From positions 2,533,738 to 2,585,377 of the forward strand of contig CP070639.1 in NCBI GenBank assembly GCA_020354045.1: 51,640 nt of DNA, read 5' to 3'. Within the stretch, counting starts at the first letter, position 1. Each line of letters starts with the position of its first letter. The stretch comes from Anaerolineales bacterium (GTDB lineage: Bacteria; Chloroflexota; Anaerolineae; Anaerolineales; UBA4823). Under the pieces are notes generated by a model. That model had not been told where the DNA came from and ran no database searches. It saw nothing but the letters and a program-made list of their open reading frames with translations. Shown here piece by piece: positions 10,259-21,326 of this stretch. Position numbers and translations under genes: made by a program.

Positions 10259-11458
10259 ATGGATGAATACGGGCTGTATTTGCATATACCGTTTTGCCAG
10301 CATCGCTGCGCCTATTGTGATTTTAATACCTATGCTGGACTCGAACACCTGATTACGGAATATGTGGAGGCTTTGTGCCGCGAAGTGAAATATCTATCGG
10401 CATATACGCAAGATCAAATATTTGTGCGCACCATTTTCTTTGGTGGGGGGACTCCCTCGTTATTGCCCGAACAGCAGGTGGAAAAAATCCTGGCAAACAT
10501 CCATGATCGATTTGTGGTAAGCGCTGCCGCGGAAATCACCCTGGAGGCGAATCCGGGGACTGTGAACTTAGCCTACTTAAGAAACTTATCGTCACTGGGC
10601 ATAAACCGCCTCAGCTTTGGAATGCAATCTGCCCATTTTGCAGAGCTCCAGATGTTGGAACGCACCCACGGCAATGTGGATGTGGTTAATGGTGTTCAGT
10701 GGGCGCGCATGGCCGGTATTGAAAATATCAACCTGGATTTGATGTTTGGATTGCCGGATCAATCTGTAGAGACATGGGAAAAATCTCTGCGTATGGCCTG
10801 TAAACTGGAGCCCTCGCATTTCTCCTTATATGCACTCACCCTGGAGCACGGTACTCCGATGCAAGCCTGGGTAGCCCGAGGACTGATGAGCAAGCCAGAT
10901 TCTGATGTGGCAGCTGAAATGTATGAGCTAGGCAGTGAATTCATGCAGACACATGGCTACCAGCAATATGAAATTTCTAACTGGGCAAAATGGGAAGAAG
11001 GAAAAGGGTTATTAAGCTGCCAGCACAATTTGCAGTATTGGCGGAACTTAGCGTATCTGGGTTTAGGGGCGGGTGCGCATGGCTACGCAAACAACATGCG
11101 TGTAGCCAATGTGTTGGCTCCAGCGCAATATATCAGCAAGATGTCTTTAAGCAATGAACGCAGAAATCCTGCGGATGTACCCCAAGACTTTCCAAAAACG
11201 CCAGCCACTTCCAACATCAACCCGGTCAATAAAGAGACTGAGATGGGAGAGACCATGATGATGGGATTGCGATTGGTCCAAGAAGGTGTCTCACAGGAGA
11301 CCTTTTTCAATCGTTTTGGTGTTGCTCTCGTGGATGTCTATGGTCCAGAAATAAAAATCCTGCTGCAGCAGGGTTTGCTTGAATGGCAGGGGGATATCTT
11401 ACGGCTCACCGCGCATGGCAGGTTGTTGGGAAACCAGGTGTTTTTGAAGTTTATATAA
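10259..11458 (+). CDS. hemW: Radical SAM protein, HemW/HemN-like (oxygen-independent coproporphyrinogen oxidase-like heme chaperone)
   Basis: N-terminal LYLHIPFCQHRCAYCDF CxxxCxxC radical-SAM motif; GGGTPSLL; length ~400 aa, typical of HemW. Confidence 0.8.
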   Translation: MDEYGLYLHIPFCQHRCAYCDFNTYAGLEHLITEYVEALCREVKYLSAYTQDQIFVRTIFFGGGTPSLLPEQQVEKILANIHDRFVVSAAAEITLEANPGTVNLAYLRNLSSLGINRLSFGMQSAHFAELQMLERTHGNVDVVNGVQWARMAGIENINLDLMFGLPDQSVETWEKSLRMACKLEPSHFSLYALTLEHGTPMQAWVARGLMSKPDSDVAAEMYELGSEFMQTHGYQQYEISNWAKWEEGKGLLSCQHNLQYWRNLAYLGLGAGAHGYANNMRVANVLAPAQYISKMSLSNERRNPADVPQDFPKTPATSNINPVNKETEMGETMMMGLRLVQEGVSQETFFNRFGVALVDVYGPEIKILLQQGLLEWQGDILRLTAHGRLLGNQVFLKFI

Positions 11459-11492
11459 TCAATTCAGGAGTGAAGAGGAAAAACTAAATAAC

Positions 11493-12506
11493 TTAAGCGT
11501 GACGCTTCAGCAGCTGATTTGCCAGTTCCTGCAACGCCTGACCAGCCTGCGATTCTGGTCGCGTGGCTTCCAGCGCCTCGAGTGCTTGCTTCGTATACCG
11601 GTCTGCGATATTTTGGGTGTATGCTCGGGCGCCTTCATTTTCAAGCGTAGCAGCTACTTCGGGAAGCTCGTCCTGCCCAACCGGCCCTTTTCTCCAACGG
11701 CTGGCAAAGTTGCCTTGCAAGCTTAAACCGTAGAGGATAGGCAATGATTTTTTCCGGGCGATCAAATCGCTGTCGGTGGATTTGCCGGTCAGCGCAGAAT
11801 CGCCCCAGATACCCAGCAAGTCATCCAGGGCTTGAAAAGCCAACCCTAAGGAGTGACCAAAATCATGGTAGGCTTGACGAGCATTTAGATCAGAACCTGC
11901 CGCCAAAGCGCCTAATTCAGTGCAGGCAGCCACAAGTGCAGCTGTCTTTCCCTGAACCATGGGCCAATACGCTTCCAGGGCAATTTCATCCTGATCCTCA
12001 TATGAAATATCCAGGTGTTGACCTGAGGTCAGGTGCAAGCAGGTTTCATGAAGTAACTGGGCAGCTTGAAGGGCGATACCAGGGGAGGTGCTCTCTGCAA
12101 GCTGGAGCGTGGTTAAATGTGCCAGGGTAAACATGGCATCACCAGCATTAATGGCCAGCGGGATATTCCATTTCTTCCACACGGTCAGCCGGCCGCGCCG
12201 CAACGGGCTGTTGTCTTCAATGTCATCATGGATAAGAGAAAAATTATGAACCAGTTCCACGCTCGCCGCAGCCGGTAAGGCAGTATGCCAATCACCACCT
12301 GCGGCAGTTGTGCAGAGGGTGACCATCAATGGGCGAATGCGTTTGCCTTTTGATTCCTGAGCATGGCCGTCATCTGACCAGCCCATGTGGTATATAAGCA
12401 TTTCATGCAAGTCGCCTGAATCATAGTTTTGAACCCAGGCGACAGCCTTCCTCAGCTCTTGTTCGATAGCTGGCAGCATTAAATTTGAATAGTATTCAAG
12501 GGTCAT
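11493..12506 (-). CDS. Polyprenyl diphosphate synthase (trans-isoprenyl diphosphate synthase family)
   Basis: First Asp-rich motif LIHDDIEDNSPLRRG and second motif FQALDDLLGIWGD. Product chain length cannot be assigned from the sequence. Confidence 0.8.
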   Translation of the reverse strand: MTLEYYSNLMLPAIEQELRKAVAWVQNYDSGDLHEMLIYHMGWSDDGHAQESKGKRIRPLMVTLCTTAAGGDWHTALPAAASVELVHNFSLIHDDIEDNSPLRRGRLTVWKKWNIPLAINAGDAMFTLAHLTTLQLAESTSPGIALQAAQLLHETCLHLTSGQHLDISYEDQDEIALEAYWPMVQGKTAALVAACTELGALAAGSDLNARQAYHDFGHSLGLAFQALDDLLGIWGDSALTGKSTDSDLIARKKSLPILYGLSLQGNFASRWRKGPVGQDELPEVAATLENEGARAYTQNIADRYTKQALEALEATRPESQAGQALQELANQLLKRHA

Positions 12507-12558
12507 TTCTAATGATACTTGAGCAAAATTAGCCTATAACGGTTCATATACCAAAGGG

Positions 12559-13587
12559 TCACACATTCTCAAGCTCTGTGTGTTGAAGAGCGTGAATGTT
12601 TTTGGAGCCGGTAGCAAACATGCATATCTTGATCTCTCTGTTCAAGTCTTGAATGGTTTGAACTACTTTGTCATCCGATTGCACAGCTGCCTTTAAAAAT
12701 GGGCTGGCCATCCCGCCCAAGGTAGCCCCTAAGGCGATGCATTTAGCAATATCAACACCGGTGCGCAGCCCTCCCGAGGCAAAAATGGTCAGTGACGGGG
12801 CTACCTCTTTTACATTTAGGATAGAACTGGCAGTTGGGATGCCCCAATCGATGAAAGCCGCGGCAAGATTAGCCTGGCGTTCATCTGTCGCCCGGTGCAT
12901 CTCGACCTGTGACCAGGATGTCCCTCCTGCACCGGCTACATCGATTGTTGCAACCCCGGCATTGTACAGTTGTCTGGCAGCCTGTTTGGAAATGCCCCAA
13001 CCCACTTCCTTTACAATGACCGGTACTTCCAGCTTGCTGCACACCGATTCTATTTTGCTGAGCAGATGAGCAAATCGTGTATCTCCTTCGGGTTGAACAG
13101 CTTCCTGCAAAGGGTTTAGATGCAAAATAAGCGCATCCGCTTCTAACATTTCAACCGCGCGCCGACATTCACCGATCCCATATGAGTAATTGAGCTGAAC
13201 AGCACCCAGATTGGCCAGAAGTACAATGTCTGGTGCGTATTTGCGAACTTGAAATGTAGCGGCAAGTTCAGGCTGCTCAATCGCAGCTCTTTGAGAGCCT
13301 AACCCCAGAGCGACACGTGTCTCCTGTGCAGCTAAAGCTAAATTACGGTTGATAACACCGGCTTGCTCTGTGCCTCCCGTCATGGAAGAGATCAATATTG
13401 GAGCTGATAGTTGGCGTTGAAAAACCTGCACCTGTGTATTTACATCTGATAGATCCAATTCAGGTAATGCCTGGTGGATAAACCGGAACTTCTCCAAACC
13501 CGTGGTAATACCGGAGCGCACATCTTCTTCCAGGTTTATCCGGATGTGATCGGCTTTTCGAGAGCTAATTGGCGTAACTTTTGACAT
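12559..13587 (-). CDS. fni: Isopentenyl-diphosphate delta-isomerase, type 2 (FMN-dependent)
   Basis: N-terminal [16 protein letters not shown] and SSMTGGT are typical of IDI-2. It sits beside the polyprenyl synthase. Confidence 0.85.
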   Translation of the reverse strand: MSKVTPISSRKADHIRINLEEDVRSGITTGLEKFRFIHQALPELDLSDVNTQVQVFQRQLSAPILISSMTGGTEQAGVINRNLALAAQETRVALGLGSQRAAIEQPELAATFQVRKYAPDIVLLANLGAVQLNYSYGIGECRRAVEMLEADALILHLNPLQEAVQPEGDTRFAHLLSKIESVCSKLEVPVIVKEVGWGISKQAARQLYNAGVATIDVAGAGGTSWSQVEMHRATDERQANLAAAFIDWGIPTASSILNVKEVAPSLTIFASGGLRTGVDIAKCIALGATLGGMASPFLKAAVQSDDKVVQTIQDLNREIKICMFATGSKNIHALQHTELENV

Positions 13588-13657
13588 GAAATGGTGTTCC
13601 TGTGAAGTAGAGCTATCTTACCAGCCTGCCAATACACTGTCAACAAACTTTTAAGGC

Positions 13658-13685
13658 TTGACAGAATCAATTGCCCGATTACAAT
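13658..13685 (+). promoter_or_regulatory. Putative sigma-70 promoter for acpP
   Basis: TTGACA (13658-13663), 16-nt spacer, TACAAT (13680-13685), about 30 nt upstream of a GGAGG RBS and the acpP ATG. Read by eye. Confidence 0.4.
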
Positions 13686-13716
13686 TGACAAAACAAACTC
13701 AACGGAGGAATCGCAT

Positions 13717-13950
13717 ATGGCTGACACTTATACTGAAATAAAATCGATCATTGTTGATTTGCTTGGTGTAGACGAGAACAAGGTTACTCTGGACGCCAAG
13801 TTTAAGGAAGATCTTGAGGCAGATTCTCTCGATCTGGTCGAATTAATTATGGCTTTTGAGGACAAATTTGGCGGCGAGATATCCGACGAAGATGCACAAA
13901 GCATCACAACTGTCGGTGAAGTTGTCAAGTATGTTGACACACATATGTAA
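13717..13950 (+). CDS. acpP: Acyl carrier protein
   Basis: 77 aa; phosphopantetheine attachment motif [16 protein letters not shown]. Confidence 0.9.
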   Translation: MADTYTEIKSIIVDLLGVDENKVTLDAKFKEDLEADSLDLVELIMAFEDKFGGEISDEDAQSITTVGEVVKYVDTHM

Positions 13951-14077
13951 ATAGGTCAGCTATTTACAAAATGACCTTTAAAGCTCAATACCAGCGGGGC
14001 TTAATTCTGAATAGCGAGTAAGGTTAGGCACAATTTATTTAGCCTACTCGCCTCTAATTCTATATAACAGAACAAAC

Positions 14078-14112
14078 AAATCCGTCCCAATTTAGGACGG
14101 ATTTGTCGTTTA
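14078..14112. terminator. Putative bidirectional intrinsic terminator between convergent acpP and sucD
   Basis: Stem AAATCCGTCC / GGACGGATTT with a 6-7 nt loop, followed by a T-rich run on both strands. Confidence 0.45.
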
Positions 14113-14976
14113 TCAAGAGAATAAGCTGGGTATTTCTTCAGGATGCTTGGCTACTTTCACACCAGCCTCCTCGAGGGCGCGAATTTTATCAACCGCCAGC
14201 CCAGAACCACCTTCTACAATGGCTCCCGCATGTCCCATATGTTTACCTGGGGGGGCTGTTTGGCCAGCAATAAAGGCAGCCACTGGTTTTGACATATGGG
14301 TTGCAATATATTCAGCTGCCTTCTCCTCATCTGTGCCACCAATTTCGCCTATTAGTATTACCCTATCGGTATGGAGGTCTTCTTCAAATAAGCTCAAACA
14401 GTCAATGAAGTTGGTGCCATTGATCGGATCACCACCTATGCCTACACAGGTGCTGACACCCATATTCTCTAACATAAGAGCGTATAGGACTTCATAGGTA
14501 AGCGTACCGGAGCGTGAGACAACGCCAATATTACCAGTTATGGCAATATCTCCGGGTATGATGCCAACTTTAGATTCACCGGGTGTAAGTAATCCCGGAC
14601 AATTTGGTCCGACTAAACGAGCACCTTTCTGCTCAATATAGTTGCGGACCCGCATCATGTCTTGAACAGGAATTCCTTCGGTAATGCAGACGATTAATTC
14701 AATGCCTGCGTCAGCGGCCTCGAAAATTGCATCGGGAGCGTATCGAGCCGGCACAAAAATTATACTTGTATTGGCGCCGGTAGCATCTACAGCGATCCTT
14801 ACGGAATCAAAAACGGGGATTTTGCCATTTAAAACCCATTCTCCGCCTTTTCCTGGAGTGACTCCGGAAACAATGTTTGTGCCATAGGTGAGCATTTGTT
14901 GTGTATGAAATAAACCCTCGTTACCGGTGATTCCCTGAACCATTAATTTTGTATTTTTATCAATAAGAATACTCAT
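14113..14976 (-). CDS. sucD: Succinyl-CoA synthetase alpha subunit
   Basis: [33 protein letters not shown]; CoA-binding and phosphohistidine region GHAGAIV. Overlaps sucC by 4 nt. Confidence 0.9.
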   Translation of the reverse strand: MSILIDKNTKLMVQGITGNEGLFHTQQMLTYGTNIVSGVTPGKGGEWVLNGKIPVFDSVRIAVDATGANTSIIFVPARYAPDAIFEAADAGIELIVCITEGIPVQDMMRVRNYIEQKGARLVGPNCPGLLTPGESKVGIIPGDIAITGNIGVVSRSGTLTYEVLYALMLENMGVSTCVGIGGDPINGTNFIDCLSLFEEDLHTDRVILIGEIGGTDEEKAAEYIATHMSKPVAAFIAGQTAPPGKHMGHAGAIVEGGSGLAVDKIRALEEAGVKVAKHPEEIPSLFS

Positions 14977-16118
14977 CGAATTTGCTCTCCACTCGCGACG
15001 GCGACCGCTTTCCTGGCAGCTTCTACCAGAGTACCGGCAGTGATCATATCTGCATTTCTCAATATGGCGCGCCCCTCTTCAGCATTTGTACCTACCAGGC
15101 GGATAACCATGGGGATATCGGACTTTACTTCCTCTAAAGCGGTAAGGATACCGCGCGCCACTTCATCACCACGTGTTATGCCTCCAAAGATATTAAACAA
15201 CACAGCCTTTACATTTGAATCGGATAATATGATACGCAGGGCAGCAGAAACCTTATCGGCCGTAGCGCCTCCACCAATATCGAGAAAATTGGCTGGCTCT
15301 CCTCCAAACAACTTGATGATATCCATACTGGTCATGGCTAAACCTGCACCATTTACCATGCAACCAATGTTGCCATCCAACTTGATAAATGAGAGCCCAT
15401 ATTTGCGAGCTTCAATTTCGGAGGGTGCTTCAACATCCAGATCACGCATTTCCGCAAGTTCGGGATGGCGGAAGAGAGAATTGTCATCGATGACCATTTT
15501 CCCATCAAGTGCTAATAGTTGATGGTCTGAGGTGATTACCAGTGGATTAATTTCAGCCAAAGTGGCATCACAATCAATATAAACTTTCCATAAACTCGCG
15601 GCGATCTGGCCAAACATACGCCACAACTCGCGAGGCAGGTCAATACCGGCGGCGATATCCCGGGACTGGTAATCACGTAATCCGAGTAGGGGGTCAATAT
15701 GCACTTTGATAATTTGCTCCGGATTATTCCGGGCGACTTCTTCTATATCAACTCCGCCAGCGGCGGATGCCATCATAACTGGTCTGCGAGCGGCACGATC
15801 ATTTGTAATCCCCAAATATATTTCTTTATCAATCTTAGCAGCCTCATCCACGAGGACTTTTCGTACTGGCAAGCCTTTAATCTCTATGGCAAAGATTTGT
15901 GAGGCGACCTCTTCAGCCTGCTCTGGCGTCTTTGCCAGCATGATTCCACCTGCTTTTCCACGGCCTCCAACTAGAACCTGGGATTTAATAACAACGCGGC
16001 TACCTAATTCTTCAGCAATAAGTTTTGCTTCTTGTGCGGTAGCCGCTACTTTTCCCTTGGGAATGGGTATACCATATTTAGAAAAGATTTGTTTCGATTG
16101 ATATTCGTGTAGTTTCAT
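14973..16118 (-). CDS. sucC: Succinyl-CoA synthetase beta subunit
   Basis: [25 protein letters not shown]-grasp N-terminus; ~381 aa. Confidence 0.9.
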   Translation of the reverse strand: MKLHEYQSKQIFSKYGIPIPKGKVAATAQEAKLIAEELGSRVVIKSQVLVGGRGKAGGIMLAKTPEQAEEVASQIFAIEIKGLPVRKVLVDEAAKIDKEIYLGITNDRAARRPVMMASAAGGVDIEEVARNNPEQIIKVHIDPLLGLRDYQSRDIAAGIDLPRELWRMFGQIAASLWKVYIDCDATLAEINPLVITSDHQLLALDGKMVIDDNSLFRHPELAEMRDLDVEAPSEIEARKYGLSFIKLDGNIGCMVNGAGLAMTSMDIIKLFGGEPANFLDIGGGATADKVSAALRIILSDSNVKAVLFNIFGGITRGDEVARGILTALEEVKSDIPMVIRLVGTNAEEGRAILRNADMITAGTLVEAARKAVAVASGEQIR

Positions 16119-16294
16119 TCAGCCTATCGCTCCATACGCAAATTTTCCACACCCCATAAATGGCGGAAGGATTATACCATGGCAGTTTTTACCGCTATTT
16201 ATCGCTTCTTTTAGATGTTTCCATAGTGGATTTCTCAGATCCAACTTCGTTCCTGGTAAGGATTGTCCAATAAATTTAGGTGTTACGGAGTCAA

Positions 16295-19200
16295 TTATTG
16301 GGACTCTGCAAGGTTATAGTGCATCAAGCGATTGTTCCCTGTATCGACCACCCAGATGCCTTGCTGATTATCTGAGTCAAGGCCTCCTACCAAACCGAAA
16401 CCATCTGCACCGGTAGAGAAATCTCCCCAGTAGCTTAAAAATTGCCCTGTTTCTGTAAATTGCAAAACCCGATGCCCCTCGGGATCTGCGGCTAAAATAT
16501 TGCCCTGGTTATCCACTGCGATAAAGGGTTTGTTGTCTAGCGATGTGCCGTACCAACCGACAATTTCCCAAGTGTTGAGGGGAAGAAAGGTGTTGTCTGT
16601 CGACTGGATGAATACTTGAATTCTTTGATTCCAGGTGTCAGCAACATAGATACGGTTTTGATTGTCGATAGCGATACCGACAGGTTCGTCGAATTGTCCA
16701 GGCGCTAAACCAGCGCTACCGAATTGTGCGATGAAATTCCCAGATGAGTCAAATACAACCACGCGTTTGTTGCCGGTATCGGTAACATAAACCTCACCGA
16801 GAGAGTTCACTGCGATGTCACGAGGACCATAAAAACCAAAGGGATCTTCTGTCTGGCTTATTCCGTATCCCCAGGTGGTGATAAATTCCCCTTGTGGGGT
16901 AAATTTTTGGACGCGATTGTTCCAGGTATCTGCTACATAAACCGAGCCATCTGGTCCGAGGGCAATTCCCCAAGGTTCGTTGAAAGTACCTGGAGGTGCG
17001 GGATCAGACCCTGACGGAATTCCATATGACCCCCAAACATGAATAACCTCGCCCTCACTCGATAGGTGTTGAATGCGGTGATTTTCAGAGTCGGCTACGT
17101 AGAGACTCCCATCTGATGCAACTGCTAAACCATGCGGGCGCATAAATTGTCCTACTTCAGCGCCCATACTACCAATAATCTTGTCTGCTATCAGGGATAT
17201 CTGTTTGCCTTCGTACGGGTCAGCGACAATGGTTTCTGCGGAAGGAGCCACCCCATAATTCCACAAGCTCGAAATAATATCTTTGCGAATATACAGACGC
17301 ATACTTTGTGAAGGCTGCCAGCTTGTTAAACTGAGGTCCTGGTTTGTGAGCTGACTGTACAGGGAATAGTCGCGATCCATCCAGATTTTATAGATGGCTG
17401 CCCGCATATTAGGATCTACAAGAGCATTCAGTACACGCTCGCGGGTTAGATTGAAGTAATCCTGATTTGGCCACCATATGCGGGTATATTCAAATTTATG
17501 GTATGCCTGACCGACAACAGGTTCGATGCTTGAATAGTTGGTGTCGCCAACCAGGATAGCAGCAGCTTCGCGCTGGGCTCGGGTAGGTTCTTTTCCAAAG
17601 TAATCTTTGTTGGGGTAATTGCGTAGATACCACCAATAGGGATAGGTGGTGACATCGTCGTATGCAACCCGGATTGCAAGTCCATTTGTGGTCCGCCGAG
17701 ATATTTCTTCGATTTGAGCCAGGGCTTCCTTCGGCCCACGTGCCATGTGAGCATAAACTAAATACTCAGAGGCATTATCGTAGTTTATATAAGCCGCTCG
17801 GAATGCTGTTCGAATGGTTAGGATTCCCAACAAGGCGAATATAAAAAGGGTTCCTAGCCGTATAAATTGGGAAAATGTCCAAGGAATAATAAGGCGCGCC
17901 AAGATCCAGCCACTAACTATTGTGGTTAGCAAAGCAGTGATGAAGGTGCTGGTAGTTTTCAACTGCTCTAATTCCCTACCCTGGAATGGAATTGTAGGAC
18001 CGAGCCAGTTACCGATTGAAGCAATCGCTCCAAGCAGGAAAACAGGCAATAAGAACATCACCAGATAACCATGCTGTTTTCGTAAGAGAGACCAATCGAT
18101 GTATTCAACCAGCTTGCCAAGAAACCACGCACAGAGTAAAAGCATTGGTAAGGTGATGTGAAAGGTCAACCAGGGCATCTTCTCACCCGCAATTGTATAG
18201 GCAAGCAGACTGGTAATACTCCAAAATCCAAGCAAAGCTACAGTCAAGCTAGACTGGGTGTAGTTTTCGGTGTTCAACTCAAGCAATGACTCTTCCCCAA
18301 CATCTGTTTGAAGAACATTTGGGTTTGATTCTACGTGCTCATCGAGTAATTCTTCATTAGTAGTCTGGCTTATAAACTTTTTCTTGTTTCGGTTTAGCAG
18401 GAGAGGAGAAAGCAGCAGGGCGAAGATACTTCCTATGGCGGGCAAGTATTCATAGATGGGGACTTGCACCAGTGAATAGTAGTACCAGGGCTGGCTTCCA
18501 CGGTTAACGCCTTGCTGTTCCAACCAGTATCCCAAGGATCCAACCAGACCAGTCACGAAACCAAAGCCATTTGTGAAAATACTTGTGTAAAAGATTGTGA
18601 AGACACCATAAAAAAGGATGGCATTTGCCAACCATAAACGTGAATTCCACAACAAACCCAACACGATGGCGATGATCGCGAAGAGAATGGTAAAGCCAGT
18701 GTCGTAGAGAATGCTGGTCGTGTTTTGATAGTCAATTGGATTTACACCAAGAAATTTGACTGGAAATGGAGCCAACATTGGTAAAACCAGTGTCCCCAAT
18801 ATTACTAACAACCCAAAAGATCGTTCCCGATTTAATTTTGACCAGCTATAACCCCGAATTACGAATACTGCTGACAAAATTAAACCCACAAATCCTAACA
18901 TCAGCAGGATTCCAGGGATTACAGGTAATGAGCTCGTTGGCGAGATATCTTGATCTTGACCCGGAATTGCAGGTGAAACCGTTTCTTCAGCAGTTAAATT
19001 GAGCCCATCCTGCCCTTGGAGGAGCAAGGCCCCGCCAATACCAAGAAGAATGAGTGCAACGATAAGTACAATAAGAAAGATATTGCGAAGACCAGGCAAA
19101 GCCCAAGATTGTTGTGAGAGCCGATAAATGAGGAAAAAAGCTAAGAAGATCAATGCCTGAGCAGTGTATATGAATGAGGTTTCCTTAGCCGTGAAGTGAA

Positions 19201-19750
19201 AAACAGTTGCGGCAGTAAGCCAATAGATATAGCGCTTTTGACCACTTTGAAGGTAACGTAGGATAGCCCATAGAGTGATGACGCCAAATAAACCTACAAA
19301 GGCCTCATTACGGACATAGCGTCCGTAATAGAGCATGTAAGGCGAAATTACGTAGAGAAAGGCAGCAATCAGAGCTCCTGCACGTCCTAATATTCCGCGG
19401 TAATACCAGAGAAAGGCAATCGTTGCAATACTAAATAGAACGGCAGGTATGCGGGCAGTAAAGTCGTTGTCCCCGAACATAAAGTAAGAAAGGGCGACCA
19501 AATGGAATTGTAGCGGTCCATGAGTAACAGGATCGTGTGAGTAACCATTTCCTTGCTCAAACAACCATGAGAAATAAACATGCGATGTTTCATCATGACT
19601 CATAACTCGGGCGCCAAGATCGTAAAATCGACTAACGATCGCAATAAGTATTATCAAAATAAAAATCGTAGCTTCGACATTAAGGTTTAACCTACTAAAT
19701 ATTGGTATGTCAAGCCATGTAAACTTCTTGTGGTTTGTTTCTCCCATCAT
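16295..19750 (-). CDS. Large membrane protein: N-terminal multi-TM PMT_2/GT39-like (TIGR03663-type) glycosyltransferase-like domain fused to a C-terminal NHL-repeat beta-propeller
   Basis: 1151 aa. The N-terminal ~450 aa are hydrophobic with a GT39/ArnT-like start (VSRFYDLGARVMSHDETSHVYFSWLF...HGPLQFH). The C-terminal ~300 aa carry repeated NHL-like blades (YVADSENHRIQHL, YVADTWNNRVQKF, YVTDTGNKRVVVF, YVADTWNQRIQVF, WVVDTGNNRLMHY). Confidence 0.7.
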   Translation of the reverse strand: MMGETNHKKFTWLDIPIFSRLNLNVEATIFILIILIAIVSRFYDLGARVMSHDETSHVYFSWLFEQGNGYSHDPVTHGPLQFHLVALSYFMFGDNDFTARIPAVLFSIATIAFLWYYRGILGRAGALIAAFLYVISPYMLYYGRYVRNEAFVGLFGVITLWAILRYLQSGQKRYIYWLTAATVFHFTAKETSFIYTAQALIFLAFFLIYRLSQQSWALPGLRNIFLIVLIVALILLGIGGALLLQGQDGLNLTAEETVSPAIPGQDQDISPTSSLPVIPGILLMLGFVGLILSAVFVIRGYSWSKLNRERSFGLLVILGTLVLPMLAPFPVKFLGVNPIDYQNTTSILYDTGFTILFAIIAIVLGLLWNSRLWLANAILFYGVFTIFYTSIFTNGFGFVTGLVGSLGYWLEQQGVNRGSQPWYYYSLVQVPIYEYLPAIGSIFALLLSPLLLNRNKKKFISQTTNEELLDEHVESNPNVLQTDVGEESLLELNTENYTQSSLTVALLGFWSITSLLAYTIAGEKMPWLTFHITLPMLLLCAWFLGKLVEYIDWSLLRKQHGYLVMFLLPVFLLGAIASIGNWLGPTIPFQGRELEQLKTTSTFITALLTTIVSGWILARLIIPWTFSQFIRLGTLFIFALLGILTIRTAFRAAYINYDNASEYLVYAHMARGPKEALAQIEEISRRTTNGLAIRVAYDDVTTYPYWWYLRNYPNKDYFGKEPTRAQREAAAILVGDTNYSSIEPVVGQAYHKFEYTRIWWPNQDYFNLTRERVLNALVDPNMRAAIYKIWMDRDYSLYSQLTNQDLSLTSWQPSQSMRLYIRKDIISSLWNYGVAPSAETIVADPYEGKQISLIADKIIGSMGAEVGQFMRPHGLAVASDGSLYVADSENHRIQHLSSEGEVIHVWGSYGIPSGSDPAPPGTFNEPWGIALGPDGSVYVADTWNNRVQKFTPQGEFITTWGYGISQTEDPFGFYGPRDIAVNSLGEVYVTDTGNKRVVVFDSSGNFIAQFGSAGLAPGQFDEPVGIAIDNQNRIYVADTWNQRIQVFIQSTDNTFLPLNTWEIVGWYGTSLDNKPFIAVDNQGNILAADPEGHRVLQFTETGQFLSYWGDFSTGADGFGLVGGLDSDNQQGIWVVDTGNNRLMHYNLAESQ

Positions 19751-19888
19751 AATTTAATCGAAAATCCTTTTAATAAATTGCGGTTGTGGCCATCTGAAAG
19801 TCGCGCTTTCTGAATAAAATCCACTTATTTTAACAGCCTTGCTGAATTTGTAGCATTATAAATGCGGAGAATATAACGATTTCTTGTG

Positions 19889-20647
19889 CTATCTATGTTT
19901 TTTTTGATGATTTTCTAAAATGTGCTTTGAGAGATTTTTTAACTCCGCAATCTCATCGGAACTGAGTTGTCGCCATTGGCCCGGTTTTAAGGAACCAAGT
20001 TTGAGCGTACCAATCCGCACTCTTAGAATGCGTACCACAGGTAAGCCAAGCTGCGAACCTGTTTCGCGGATTTGGCGCTTACGCCCCTCACGCATAATTA
20101 TCTTCAGCCAGGCGCCTTTCCCGTGATAACCAGTTACTTCCACCTTGGCTGGTTGAGTACGGTAACCATCGCTGAGTACAACTCCACGTTGCCATGTTGT
20201 TAGCTGATCTGCATCGGGTCGTCTGGCGATTAATACGCGATACTCTTTTTCATGACCATACTTTGGGTGTGTAAGTCGATTGGTTAATTCCCCATCATTG
20301 GTAAGCAAAATCAGGCCCTCACTGTCGACATCCAGACGTCCCACAGGATACAGACGGCCGGGGAGACCCACAAGATCACGCACGGTTTTGCGGTTATCTT
20401 GAGGGGAGATAGCTGAGATCACATTACGAGGTTTGTTGACAGCGATGTACTTGAGCCCTTCACTGCCCTCGATAAGCTTTCCATTGACTTCAATACGGTC
20501 TGTACTGGGATCTGCTTTAATGCCCAGGAACGCAATCTGCCCGTTTACAGTGACATGTCCTTTTTCAATTAATTCTTCACAAGACCGTCGTGATCCCAAC
20601 CCGGCTCTGGCTAATACTTTTTGCAATCGTTCAGAAGGCATAACCAA
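19889..20647 (-). CDS. rluB: 23S rRNA pseudouridine synthase, RluB/RsuA family (S4 domain plus PseudoU_synth_2)
   Basis: N-terminal S4 RLQKVLARAGLGSRRSCEELIEKGHVTVNG; catalytic YPVGRLDVDSEGLILLTNDG. Confidence 0.8.
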   Translation of the reverse strand: MVMPSERLQKVLARAGLGSRRSCEELIEKGHVTVNGQIAFLGIKADPSTDRIEVNGKLIEGSEGLKYIAVNKPRNVISAISPQDNRKTVRDLVGLPGRLYPVGRLDVDSEGLILLTNDGELTNRLTHPKYGHEKEYRVLIARRPDADQLTTWQRGVVLSDGYRTQPAKVEVTGYHGKGAWLKIIMREGRKRQIRETGSQLGLPVVRILRVRIGTLKLGSLKPGQWRQLSSDEIAELKNLSKHILENHQKKHR

Positions 20648-20701
20648 CCCAGTATTTTATGTATGAAACGGACTGTTTATTTTTCTGCATGAACACCCCC
20701 C

Positions 20702-21277
20702 TTATCCTGATGCCAAATCGGTGCTTTCTTGCTCACTGGTACTGTCCGGGAGAGGTGGAAGATCCCTGGTTGAGCTTAATCCAAAATGCTGTAGAAAGTC
20801 AGCTGTAGTGGAGTAGAGAATTGGCCGCCCTGGTGATTCGGCTCGACCGATTTCCTGGATTAGCCCTTTGCTAAGCAAACTTTTTAACACTCCGTCGCTG
20901 TTCACACCTCGAATTGAGTCAATTTGTGGTCTGGTAACGGGTTCTTGATAAGCAATAATTGCCAGCGCTTCTAAAGCAGCCCGACTGAGACGCGAGGTCA
21001 CCTCTAAACCCAAAAAATGCTCAATGTATTGAGCAGCTTGCGGATTCGTGGTTAACTGGTAGCGACCATGATGCTTTTCCAGCCTCAACCCAGATTTGTT
21101 ATTTGCCCAGAGATAGCGTTTAGAGAGTTCTTCCAGACCGGATTCTACTTCTTGGGTGGATAACTGTAACGCAAAAGCAAGTTGCGAAGCGGTTACGGAT
21201 CCAGAGGCCACGAATAAGAGAGCTTCCAAACAGGCAATAAGATCAAGTTCAAGGTGGGTATCAATATTATCTGACAT
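20702..21277 (-). CDS. scpB: Segregation and condensation protein B
   Basis: LEALLFVASGSVTASQLAFAL winged-helix N-terminus and IEHFLGLE are typical of ScpB. It lies upstream of rluB, the conserved gene order. Confidence 0.8.
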   Translation of the reverse strand: MSDNIDTHLELDLIACLEALLFVASGSVTASQLAFALQLSTQEVESGLEELSKRYLWANNKSGLRLEKHHGRYQLTTNPQAAQYIEHFLGLEVTSRLSRAALEALAIIAYQEPVTRPQIDSIRGVNSDGVLKSLLSKGLIQEIGRAESPGRPILYSTTADFLQHFGLSSTRDLPPLPDSTSEQESTDLASG

Positions 21278-21326
21278 GCTGTGTTACAATTTGCCCGTTA
21301 TCCGGGATTATCCTGTGAAAATCTTG

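Noticed and set aside
12668-16101. Several 100-160-aa ORFs antisense to fni, sucD and sucC (e.g. 12668-13069, 14147-14497, 15040-15522, 15706-16101)
   Set aside because: They are antisense shadows of strongly conserved enzymes, Ala/Ser/Pro-rich from GC-biased third positions, with no motifs.
21156-21326. 5' extension of the lipoprotein ORF (MDNCNAKASCE...)
   Set aside because: It would overlap the scpB N-terminus by ~120 nt on the opposite strand and precedes the obvious signal peptide; the internal ATG at 21327 is the sensible start.
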